Assembly: GCA_963764725.1 (NCBI GenBank)
Contig: CAVXTM010000011.1
Coordinates: 128,001 to 192,000, forward strand
Source of the DNA: an uncultured Gammaproteobacteria bacterium
GTDB taxonomy: Bacteria; Pseudomonadota; Gammaproteobacteria; JACCXJ01
DNA: 64,000 nucleotides
Reading direction: 5' to 3'
Shown: positions 55,837 through 64,000 of the stretch, one piece after another
How positions within the stretch are numbered: position 1 is the first letter of the stretch
Layout: each line of letters starts with the position of its first letter
Translations under genes and position numbers: made by a program
Notes under the pieces: generated by a model
The model's input: the letters and a program-made list of their open reading frames with translations, nothing else
The model's database searches: none
Told to the model about the DNA's origin: nothing

Positions 55837-55847
55837 AGGAGGAACAC

Positions 55848-56351
55848 ATGGCACAACCTTACATCGGAGAGATCCGGATGTTCGCGGGGAACTTCGCCCC
55901 AGCCGGATGGATGTTTTGCGAGGGACAATTATTGCCGATCTCGGAAAACGAGACGCTTTTCCAGTTGATCGGTACAACCTACGGCGGGGATGGCCAATCC
56001 ACTTTCGCTCTTCCCGACCTGCGCGGGCGTATTCCGATCCACCAGGGCGACGGATTCAACCTGGCGGAGACCGGCGGTGCCGAGGAGATCACGCTGACCG
56101 TGCAGCAGATACCGGCACATAGCCATCCGTTGTCGGCGGCGAATTCGGTCGCCAATGATGCGAATCCAGGGAACAACCTGCTTGGGGAGTCCCTGGCGGT
56201 ATCGATGTACCAGTCCGCAGCCGCAACGACCGCGATGGCACCACAGTCGGTGAGCGCTGTGGGCGGCTCTCAGCCGCACACGAATTTCCAGCCATACCTG
56301 TGCATCAACTTCATCATTTCTTTGTTCGGGATTTTCCCGTCGCCAACGTAA
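55848..56351 (+). CDS. Phage tail-collar domain protein (MdpB-like) 2
   Basis: AGGAGG RBS; GEIRMFAGNFAPAGW..LIGTTYGGDG..FALPDLRGR. Confidence 0.92.
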   Translation: MAQPYIGEIRMFAGNFAPAGWMFCEGQLLPISENETLFQLIGTTYGGDGQSTFALPDLRGRIPIHQGDGFNLAETGGAEEITLTVQQIPAHSHPLSAANSVANDANPGNNLLGESLAVSMYQSAAATTAMAPQSVSAVGGSQPHTNFQPYLCINFIISLFGIFPSPT

Positions 56352-56363
56352 GAGGAGTGAGCC

Positions 56364-56893
56364 ATGGCCGATCCATTCGTCGCTGAAATCAGAATTTTTC
56401 CATTCAATTTTGCTCCCACGGGTTGGGCCTTTTGCAATGGTCAGCTCATGCCGCTTTCGCAAAACACCGCGCTCTTCTCCCTGCTGGGCACGACCTACGG
56501 CGGGGACGGCAAGTCGACGTTCGCGCTACCGGATCTCCAGGGTCGGGCGCCCATGCACCCCGGCGGCCAGGGTCCCGGCCTGAGATCACACGACTTGGGC
56601 GAGACACCGGCGGAAGTGAAACCGTGACCCTGCTGGAGTCCGAAATCCCAGCGCACAGCCACACCCTGATGAGCAACCTGGCACCGGGAAACAGGAGCAC
56701 CCCGGTGGGAAACTCCCTAGCGCGGGTGGCAGGCGCTACGCCGTACCTGCCCCCCGCCGGTGCGCCTCTGGTCTCGATGTCCAACCAAGCGCTCGCTCCC
56801 GCTGGCGGCGACCAGCCCCACAACAACCTGATGCCTTATCTGACCTTCTACTTCTGCATCGCGCTCCAGGGGGTGTTTCCGCCGCGGAGTTAG
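56364..56893 (+). CDS. Phage tail-collar domain protein 3; frameshift ~56605
   Basis: MADPFVAEIRIFPFNFAP..GGDQPHNNLMPYL..FCIALQGVFPPRS. Confidence 0.88.
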
Positions 56894-56961
56894 AGGCCCC
56901 GGCGAGGTCTATCTATAGAATGGTTTAGAATTGAGGACCACGAGCGCGAGCATGATGGTGC

Positions 56962-57339
56962 TCATTTCTTCACGAAAAACACCTCAGGAAAATAAAGCCC
57001 GAACACCTGATCGTAAGTTGCAATGCGCATATCCTCGTAGCTCGCTTGAGCGATTAGGAACCGGTCGAAGGGGTCTCTGTGGTGGTTAGCGAGTCTAAGG
57101 ACGGTCTCCGCATGTTGCGGTGTCACATTGAGCCAGCTAAACCCTTGCGCCGCGATGTCATCAGCCAGATCTGATGACGGTAGTACCAGCTTGCCCAATT
57201 GATGCTTGATCACCAGCTCCCAGATAGAAACTGGGCTGACGTAGGCCCCGTGAGTCTCAATAACTTCAATGGCATGGCGGTCGCGGATCTCGCCCATCAA
57301 CCAATCGTAGAGAATGCAGGTGTCGACCAACAGATGCAT
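56962..57339 (-). CDS. VapC PIN toxin
   Basis: LLVDTCIL, SIWEL.IK, HRDPFDRFLIAQA. Confidence 0.92.
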   Translation of the reverse strand: MHLLVDTCILYDWLMGEIRDRHAIEVIETHGAYVSPVSIWELVIKHQLGKLVLPSSDLADDIAAQGFSWLNVTPQHAETVLRLANHHRDPFDRFLIAQASYEDMRIATYDQVFGLYFPEVFFVKK

Positions 57340-57578
57340 TAGTCAGCGCCGGGCAAAAGGTGCGCCACTTCTGCGTTGGTCGCGGGGGAATCCCAATCGT
57401 CGGCATAAGCCACCTGGTCCCTCCAGGCACCCGGTGACCGCACTTTGGGTGCCACGTATTTCACAATTTTCGCCACGGGCACGCCATTGCGAGCCAGCAC
57501 CACGTCTTCGCCTTGTTCCGCCGCGGCGACCAGGCTCGATAAACGACTCTTGGCTTCCAGCATATTGACTAGCATCAC
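57339..57578 (-). CDS. Phd/YefM antitoxin
   Basis: VNMLEAKSRLSSLV..GEDVVLARNGVPVAK. Confidence 0.92.
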   Translation of the reverse strand: MMLVNMLEAKSRLSSLVAAAEQGEDVVLARNGVPVAKIVKYVAPKVRSPGAWRDQVAYADDWDSPATNAEVAHLLPGAD

Positions 57579-57665
57579 GACCCCGTCTTAGCCAGGCTTA
57601 GCTAAGATGAAAGTGTACGCGTTTATCGCTAGATTTCAAGCAGCAAGCAGCGAGAAGAAAGGACC

Positions 57666-58130
57666 ATGACCCTCGGCTTCCGTCCCATCGGTCCCGACGA
57701 CCAGGCCTTCCTTCCTTGAGGTCTATGCCAGCACCCGCCGGGAGGAGCTGGCACTGGTGGATTGGGACGAAGATAAAAAGTCGCGTTTCCTCAAGACGCA
57801 ATTCTCCGCCCAGCACCAGTACTACCAAGACTACTACACCGAGACCGACTTTCTCATCATTCTCCTGGATGAACGTCCCGTCGGACGCCTCTACCTCGCC
57901 CGCTGGCCGGGTGAGATCCGAATCGTAGACCTCGCCCTCCTGGCCGACCCATCGAAATGCGGGGATCGGCACACGGATATTATGGCGTGCTAGCCGAGGC
58001 GGCGCGCGCCAGCAAGCCGGTCCGTATCCATGTGGAAAAGCTCAACCCCGCCTTACGGTTCTATGAGCGCCTGGGGTTTACGCGGATCGCCGACAAGGGG
58101 GTCTATTGGTTTCTGGAATGGACATCATAG
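57666..58130 (+). CDS. GNAT acetyltransferase of tail-collar loci; several frameshifts
   Basis: MTLGFRPIGPDD/VYASTRREEL..QFSAQH..IRIVDLALL/GIGT/HVEKLNPALRFYERLGF. Confidence 0.8.
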
Positions 58131-58142
58131 CCACGCAACCTC

Positions 58143-58427
58143 TCAGGTGAAAATCGCCTCGTAGCGTATGCCCTTCCCGTCGACGCCGATGGGTACCAGA
58201 AATAGATCTAACACCCCTAAGCTCCGATGCTCTACCGGGTAGATCTTTTGGATGAGCACGGGCGCCCTCGGTCCGCGGAACACGAGCGAGAACGGCTCCC
58301 GCTGGGCACGGGGGTGTTTATGACCCAGTCCGTTGACCTCCACGAGTTCCATTTCAATGGATCCCGCAATGATGAATCCCTCGTTGAGGCAATTTCCCCA
58401 GAGTTCTTTGGTCAGCGTTTCCAGCAT
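58143..58427 (-). CDS. DUF6916 family protein
   Basis: REPFSLVFRGP..Q..Y..EH..LG.LDLFLVPIG..YEAIF. Confidence 0.85.
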   Translation of the reverse strand: MLETLTKELWGNCLNEGFIIAGSIEMELVEVNGLGHKHPRAQREPFSLVFRGPRAPVLIQKIYPVEHRSLGVLDLFLVPIGVDGKGIRYEAIFT

Positions 58428-58493
58428 GCGAATGGCAATCCGATGGACCGGTTTATATTAGACCTAGCGCCGTGAGGTAAGAGTAGCCGCTTT

Positions 58494-59717
58494 TCAAGCG
58501 TATGAAAATGGAGCGGACGATTCCAGTTCTAGAAAAGCATCACGGATGCGATCGCAGGCCCAATTCAACTCGGTCTCGGTAATGATGAGCGGCGGAGCTA
58601 GGCGGATCACGCTCTCATGGGTATCTTTGGTGAGGATGCCGTGAGAGGCGAGCCGCATACAGAGGTCCCGCGCCGAAAAGCGTTCGGTATCGATCTCGAC
58701 GCCGATGAATAAACCCTTGCCGCGCACCGCGCGAATATAGCGGCTTTGCAGGGTGCGTAACCGCCCGAGAAAGTATTCTCCCAGCTCCGCGGCGCGCTCA
58801 GCCAGACGCTCCTCAACCAGCACCTTAAGCGCTTCGAGGCCGACCGCCGCAGCGAGCGGGTTACCCCCGAACGTGCTGCCGTGGCTCCCCGGCGTGAAGA
58901 CCTCCATCACCTCGCGCCGGGCAAGAAACATCGATACCGGCAATAAACCGCCCCCGAGCGCTTTGCCGAGCGTGATCCCATCGGGTTTGACGCCCTCGTG
59001 CTGGCAGGCGAGCACACGACCGGTGCGTCCGAGCCCGGTTTGGATCTCATCGCAGACAAGCAACACCTTGTGGGCGCGGCAAAGCTCCGCGCAATGCTTG
59101 AGATAACCCGCGGGCGGCACGATGATCCCGGCTTCGCCCTGGATCGGTTCGACCAAAAACGCCGCCGTGCGGGGATTGATGGCACGCGCGAGCGCCTCGG
59201 CATCCCCGTAAGGGACGCGCACGAAGCCCACGGGGAAAGGTCCGAAGTGCTGCCTATAATCGCGCTCGGAGGAGAGTCCCACGAGGGTGACGGTACGGCC
59301 GTGAAAATTGCCGTCACAGACGATGATCTCGGCGCGATCTTCGGCCACGCCCTTGACCTCGTAAGCCCAGCGCCGCGCGGCCTTCAGCGCCGTCTCGACC
59401 GCCTCGGCCCCGGTGTTCATGGGCAAGCCCATGGCGAGTCCGGTAAGCTCGCAGGCGCGCCGCACAAAGGGCGCGAGCACCTCGGTGTGAAAGGCCCGTG
59501 ACACGACCGCCAGCCGTGCCGCTTGCTCGCCTAGGACCTTGAGCAAGCGCGGGTGCGCGTGGCCGAAACTGACCGCCGAGTAGGCGCTCATCATGTCGAG
59601 ATAGCGGTTGCCGCGATCATCCCACACATAACATCCCTCCCCGCGCGTCAACACCACCGGCAGCGGCTGGTAGTTGTGCGCACAGTATGCGCGCTCCAGT
59701 TCTATGACCGATGGCAT
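58494..59717 (-). CDS. rocD: Ornithine-oxo-acid aminotransferase
   Basis: AHNYQPLPVVL, SAYSAV, EPIQGEAG, DEIQTG, LGKALGGG. Confidence 0.93.
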   Translation of the reverse strand: MPSVIELERAYCAHNYQPLPVVLTRGEGCYVWDDRGNRYLDMMSAYSAVSFGHAHPRLLKVLGEQAARLAVVSRAFHTEVLAPFVRRACELTGLAMGLPMNTGAEAVETALKAARRWAYEVKGVAEDRAEIIVCDGNFHGRTVTLVGLSSERDYRQHFGPFPVGFVRVPYGDAEALARAINPRTAAFLVEPIQGEAGIIVPPAGYLKHCAELCRAHKVLLVCDEIQTGLGRTGRVLACQHEGVKPDGITLGKALGGGLLPVSMFLARREVMEVFTPGSHGSTFGGNPLAAAVGLEALKVLVEERLAERAAELGEYFLGRLRTLQSRYIRAVRGKGLFIGVEIDTERFSARDLCMRLASHGILTKDTHESVIRLAPPLIITETELNWACDRIRDAFLELESSAPFSYA

Positions 59718-59721
59718 ACGC

Positions 59722-60663
59722 TTACCTCGTCCAACAGGCCGCCAAGAGGTCAATCACCAGGCGGGCGGTCTTGTCCTCGCGGTCATGCGAGGGGTTAAAC
59801 TCGGCGATTTCGGCCAAGACCAGTTGCGGCGCCAGCCGTCGAAGGCTTTCGACTAAATCGAGTCCCCGCAGACCATTAGGCGCCGGGGTCCCGACCCCGG
59901 GCGCGTCCGTGGGGTTAACTGCATCGAGGTCGATGCTAAGCCCGACGGCGGCGGTGCCGCGGGAGGCGATCGCGAAGGCCTTGCCCAGGCTCCGCGTAAG
60001 GCCCCGCGCCCGCACTTCGTCCATCGTGATCACCCGCACCCCAAGGCGGTGCAGCAATTCCGCCTCCTCGGGCTCGTAGCTGCGTACACCCACGAGACAG
60101 ACGTTCTCGGGGCGTAGCTTCGCGCCAGGGTAGAGCAGATCCGTAAGCTCAGGCGGCCCGACGCCTAAGAGGATGGCGAGCGGCATCCCGTGCAGCGCGC
60201 CGCTCGGGCTGGTCGCGGGAGTATGACTGTCCATATGGGCATCGATCCAAACGAGGCCCAGGGGCCCGCGCAACGCGGATGCGATCGCACCCCAGCTTGC
60301 TATCGCGCAGGAATGATCCCCGCCGATAACCGCGACACGCGGACCGCTGAGCAGAGCGTGCCCGAGAGCGGCGGTCAGTTCCTCGCAATACGCTTTGATT
60401 TCTTTGATGCTTTCCGTAGCCCCCGGGAGCGCGGGCCGGCGCACGATGTCCGTCCAGACCGCTTTTAGGCCGTGGTCGCGCAACTGGCCGGTAAGGCCGT
60501 ATTCCCGCAATGCGTCAGGGCCTAAACCACAACCCGGATCGGCGGCACCGATCCCCGACGCCGCGCCAACAACGCGTAGCTCAATGGCGGCGTGCGGGAC
60601 TGCTTGGGTCGAGCCAAGCAAAACCTCGCCATCGCTTCGGTCGTCCAGGAGTTGTAAAGCCAT
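59722..60663 (-). CDS. rocF: Arginase
   Basis: GGDHS, DAHMD, HGMP, SIDLD, APGVGTP. Confidence 0.92.
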   Translation of the reverse strand: MALQLLDDRSDGEVLLGSTQAVPHAAIELRVVGAASGIGAADPGCGLGPDALREYGLTGQLRDHGLKAVWTDIVRRPALPGATESIKEIKAYCEELTAALGHALLSGPRVAVIGGDHSCAIASWGAIASALRGPLGLVWIDAHMDSHTPATSPSGALHGMPLAILLGVGPPELTDLLYPGAKLRPENVCLVGVRSYEPEEAELLHRLGVRVITMDEVRARGLTRSLGKAFAIASRGTAAVGLSIDLDAVNPTDAPGVGTPAPNGLRGLDLVESLRRLAPQLVLAEIAEFNPSHDREDKTARLVIDLLAACWTR

Positions 60664-60809
60664 ACGCCGAATCGCAGATGCGAGTGATTACACTCCCCGC
60701 ATTAGACCATTGCCGCCTTGGTTTGGTTTGATGCTTGGCCGGCCCGCGGGCACCTTGGTGCTACAACCGCGTCTAACGGTATAAGCCCTGCTTCTTGAGT
60801 ATCGAAATA

Positions 60810-62327
60810 ATGAACTTCTTGAGCGAATTGGGAATTGCAAAGGTCAACCCGGGATCCTGCACGGGGCCGGGCCAGTGGTCCGGCGGGACGGACGCGGGCG
60901 TCTTGACGTCGTACGCACCTGCCACCGGAGAAATCATCGCGAGCGTCTACGAATCCACCGTCACTGACTATGAAGCGGTGCTCGAACGCTCACGGAGCGC
61001 CTTCCATGAGTGGCGCCAAGTCCCGGCGCCGCGCCGCGGCCAGCTCATACGCCGGCTCGGCGATGCGCTGCGCGCGCACCAGGAGGCGTTAAGCGGTCTC
61101 ATCGCCTTGGAGTCCGGCAAGATCAAGGCCGAGGCCGAGGGCGAAGTTCAGGAGATGATCGATATCGCCGATCTCGCCGTGGGGCAATCGCGCATGCTGT
61201 ATGGATGCACTATGCACTCGGAGCGGCCGCGGCACCGCCTCTATGAACAGTGGCATCCGCTCGGCGTCGTCGGCGTGATCACGGCCTTCAATTTCCCCGT
61301 CGCCGTCTGGGCATGGAATGCCTTTATCGCGGCCGTGGCCGGGAACGCGGTCATTTGGAAGCCCTCCCCGCGCACTCCGCTCTCGGCCGTCGCGGTTCAG
61401 CGTCTGTGCAACCGGGTGATGGAAGAGGCGGGAATCACAGGCATCTTTTCGCTCTTTGTGACGCGCGATAATGCACTCGCAGAGCGTCTGGTGCGCGACC
61501 GGCGCGTGCCGCTTATTTCATTCACCGGGTCGACGGCCGTCGGGCGGCGGGTCGGGGAGATCGTCGCCGCGCGCCTTGGGCGGAGCCTCTTGGAGCTTTC
61601 GGGCAATAACGCCGTGATCGTGGACGAAAGCGCCGATCTTGATCTCGCCGTGCGCGCTATTGTGTTCGGAGCGGTAGGGACCGCCGGGCAACGCTGCACC
61701 TCGACGCGCCGGTTGATTGTGCACGAAAGCCTCTACCAGACCATCGTCGAACGCTTGCTCGCAGCCTACCGTCAGATCCGCATCGGTTTGCCGCTCGACC
61801 CCGAGGTAGTGATGGGCCCCCTCATCAGCGGCGAGGCGGTGGCGGCATACTCTCGCGCCCTACGGGAAGCCGAAGAGGCGGGTGGTGAGATCCTGTACGG
61901 CGGTCAGGTCATCAAGGGTCCTGGTTATTACGTGCAACCGACGCTGGTGCGGGCGCAAAACCACTGGCCGGTCGTCCAGCGAGAGACTTTCGCGCCGATT
62001 CTCTATCTTATGACCTTTAACGACTTCGAGGACGCTATCGCGATCAACAACGACGCCCAGCAGGGTTTATCCTCGGCGCTCTTTACCAATGACCTGCGCC
62101 GCGCCGAGCGTTATCTCGCCGCCGCTGGATCGGACTGCGGGATCGCTAATGTCAACGTCGGCACATCCGGCGCGGAGATTGGCGGCGCCTTCGGCGGAGA
62201 AAAAGATACGGGCGGGGGGCGCGAGGCCGGATCCGATGCCTGGAAATGCTATATGCGCCGCCAGACCAATACGATCAATTGGGGGACCGAGCTTCCCCTG
62301 GCCCAAGGGATCCGCTTCGGCACCTAA
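60810..62327 (+). CDS. ALDH7-family aldehyde dehydrogenase (AASA/P6C dehydrogenase-like)
   Basis: GEVQEMIDI, ITAFNFP, GTAGQRCT, SGAEIGGAFGGEK, LPLAQGI. Confidence 0.92.
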   Translation: MNFLSELGIAKVNPGSCTGPGQWSGGTDAGVLTSYAPATGEIIASVYESTVTDYEAVLERSRSAFHEWRQVPAPRRGQLIRRLGDALRAHQEALSGLIALESGKIKAEAEGEVQEMIDIADLAVGQSRMLYGCTMHSERPRHRLYEQWHPLGVVGVITAFNFPVAVWAWNAFIAAVAGNAVIWKPSPRTPLSAVAVQRLCNRVMEEAGITGIFSLFVTRDNALAERLVRDRRVPLISFTGSTAVGRRVGEIVAARLGRSLLELSGNNAVIVDESADLDLAVRAIVFGAVGTAGQRCTSTRRLIVHESLYQTIVERLLAAYRQIRIGLPLDPEVVMGPLISGEAVAAYSRALREAEEAGGEILYGGQVIKGPGYYVQPTLVRAQNHWPVVQRETFAPILYLMTFNDFEDAIAINNDAQQGLSSALFTNDLRRAERYLAAAGSDCGIANVNVGTSGAEIGGAFGGEKDTGGGREAGSDAWKCYMRRQTNTINWGTELPLAQGIRFGT

Positions 62328-62520
62328 AAACCTAATTCGCTGTTCAGAGAACCGGGCCACCTCTCGCCTCGCCAGTTGACTTTTTTACAATCGCTAGCGG
62401 CGGGGTTCCAAACTCGGTTATCTTACGCTGGCGCCTCTCTTCTAAAAATAATGGCAGACTGAGAGTTTGTGAAAAAACCTACTAGGCTCGGGATCATTTT
62501 GAAAACACGACAAGAATATC

Positions 62521-63747
62521 GTGAAAAAACAGCAGTTTGACGTGATCGTTGTGGGTGGAGGTTGCGTGGGCGTCGCCACAGCCTACAGGCTTAACCTCCG
62601 GCACCCCAACCTGAAAGTGGCCATACTCGAAAAAGAAGATAGGCTAGCGGCCCACCAAACCGGCCGCAACTCGGGTGTTATCCACTCTGGCATCTATTAC
62701 AAACCCGGCTCCCATAGAGCAAGACAATGCGTCGAAGGCCGCCGAGAGTTAGTAGCCTTCGCTAAAGAGCATAAGATTGACCACGACATTTGCGGGAAAA
62801 TCATCGTGGCTACACAGGAAAAAGAATTATCTTTCCTGAATAACCTGTTCGAAAACGGGCAAGCTAACGGCGTGGAAAACATCGAGTTGATCGATGCGAA
62901 GCGAATCAGAGAAATCGAGCCTTTCGTCGAGGGCATCGCCGGTATCTGGGTAGGTTGTACGGGCATCATCGATTTCGCGACGTTGACGAATAAGCTCAGC
63001 GACCTGCTGCAACAGCAGTTTAGCGAAAGCAAGATCTTTTTAGGAACAGAAGCGAGAAGCTTTGTTCACCACCACAACTCTACCGAGATTATAACTAACC
63101 GTGGCACGTTCAACGCGGGTAATGTCGTAATCTGCGGGGGGCTCCAAAGCGACCGCATCGCCCACCAAAATGAAGCGAAAAGCAATGTGCGTATCTTGGG
63201 TTTTCGCGGGGATTATTACGACCTTACCGAGAAAGGGGTACACAAGGTACGCAACCTTGTTTACCCAGTGCCCGACCCGAGGTTCCCCTTTCTAGGCGCA
63301 CATTTTACTCGTATGATTCGAGGTGGCGTGGAGTGCGGGCCCAACGCAGTGCTAGCATTTAAACGCGAGGGCTACACAAAAACGGCATTTAATCTTCGGG
63401 ACACGTCCGATACCCTCTTGTTCGGCGGTACATGGAAGTTTGTTAGGAAGCATTGGCGTTTTGGTCTCGATGAATACCGTGGCGCGTTTTCTAAATCATA
63501 TTTCCTAGAGCGCCTTCGCAAGCTTATTCCGGCGATCGAGATCGATGACATCGTGGCGAGCCGTTGCGGCGTGCGCGCGACAGCCCTTGGGCCAGACGGT
63601 GAAATAATCGACGATTTCAATATCGAATTCTACGGAAATACCATTCACGTAATTAACGCACCCTCACCCGCCGCGACGGCGTGCCTGGCTATTGGTCGAG
63701 TTGTTGAAGAAATGGCGACGGAACGGTTCGGTTTGAACGGTCGCTAA
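62521..63747 (+). CDS. lhgO: L-2-hydroxyglutarate oxidase
   Basis: GGGCVG, HQTGRNSGVIHSGIYY, YPVPDP.FPFLG.H, NAPSPAAT. Confidence 0.9.
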   Translation: MKKQQFDVIVVGGGCVGVATAYRLNLRHPNLKVAILEKEDRLAAHQTGRNSGVIHSGIYYKPGSHRARQCVEGRRELVAFAKEHKIDHDICGKIIVATQEKELSFLNNLFENGQANGVENIELIDAKRIREIEPFVEGIAGIWVGCTGIIDFATLTNKLSDLLQQQFSESKIFLGTEARSFVHHHNSTEIITNRGTFNAGNVVICGGLQSDRIAHQNEAKSNVRILGFRGDYYDLTEKGVHKVRNLVYPVPDPRFPFLGAHFTRMIRGGVECGPNAVLAFKREGYTKTAFNLRDTSDTLLFGGTWKFVRKHWRFGLDEYRGAFSKSYFLERLRKLIPAIEIDDIVASRCGVRATALGPDGEIIDDFNIEFYGNTIHVINAPSPAATACLAIGRVVEEMATERFGLNGR

Positions 63748-63806
63748 TATGAAAGTTTTCGTTTGTGAAGCGACGAACGCCTGCTCTAAATTCACGCCTG
63801 TTACTA

Positions 63807-63998
63807 TTAGAATGTCATCCGTAGATTGGCAAAGATCCTGTTCTCCGTGAATTCGTTCTCGACAGCATCAGAGCTCGATTCTATGCGCCGGTAACCAATG
63901 GTAGCCAAGAGGCTTCGTCCAAGCCAATGCTGCAGCTGGACACGTAGGTTGATAAAGTCCTCCGATTCGGCGGTCGTCGTGGATTCTGTACCTCCGTC
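63807..63998 (-). CDS. C-terminus of an outer-membrane beta-barrel (TIGR03016/EPS-associated-like); partial
   Basis: Open frame ending ..NEFTENRIFANLRMTF* with a terminal Phe. Confidence 0.6.
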   Translation of the reverse strand, partial: DGGTESTTTAESEDFINLRVQLQHWLGRSLLATIGYRRIESSSDAVENEFTENRIFANLRMTF

Positions 63999-64000
63999 GG

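Noticed and set aside
54651-56351. 566-aa adhesin-tail-collar fusion
   Set aside because: An internal RBS/ATG at 55848 and an out-of-frame paralog remnant show a deletion artefact.
55848-56893. Prophage
   Set aside because: No capsid, terminase, sheath, lysis or integrase genes.

Overview
GC-rich bacterial chromosome, most likely a gammaproteobacterial methylotroph or methanotroph (inferred from lanthanide-type XoxF, H4MPT/methylofuran genes and SmbP). Bases 1-40170 are mostly core or metabolic: S41 protease plus a membrane-anchored TIR protein, mprF, peroxiredoxin, YbaL, AKR/MFS, a beta-propeller di-heme cytochrome, an HO-like diiron oxidase with a carbamoyltransferase, a dynamin/EHD-like GTPase, xoxF, the C1-cofactor operon, a 5'-truncated narGHJI, cupredoxin, DUF2298/GtrB, SmbP and hemH. 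From tRNA-Ser(CGA) at 40171 to about 58430 lies an accessory region with no integrase seen. It holds six type II TA pairs interleaved with REP-type tyrosine transposase (RAYT/TIRYT) sequences and their ends, IS3, ISL3, and a nested stack: an IS110 with a readable bridge RNA, inside a 45-bp hairpin insert, inside an unclassified TTAG-flanked element whose protein has Rep_trans-like motifs, inside a secreted-protein gene. It also holds a partly deleted adhesin / tail-collar triplet / GNAT / DUF6916 locus. The window ends with rocD-rocF, an ALDH7-type dehydrogenase, lhgO and the end of an outer-membrane barrel. Many 1-2 nt frameshifts look like long-read assembly errors. All family calls come from motif recognition by eye; no searches were run.
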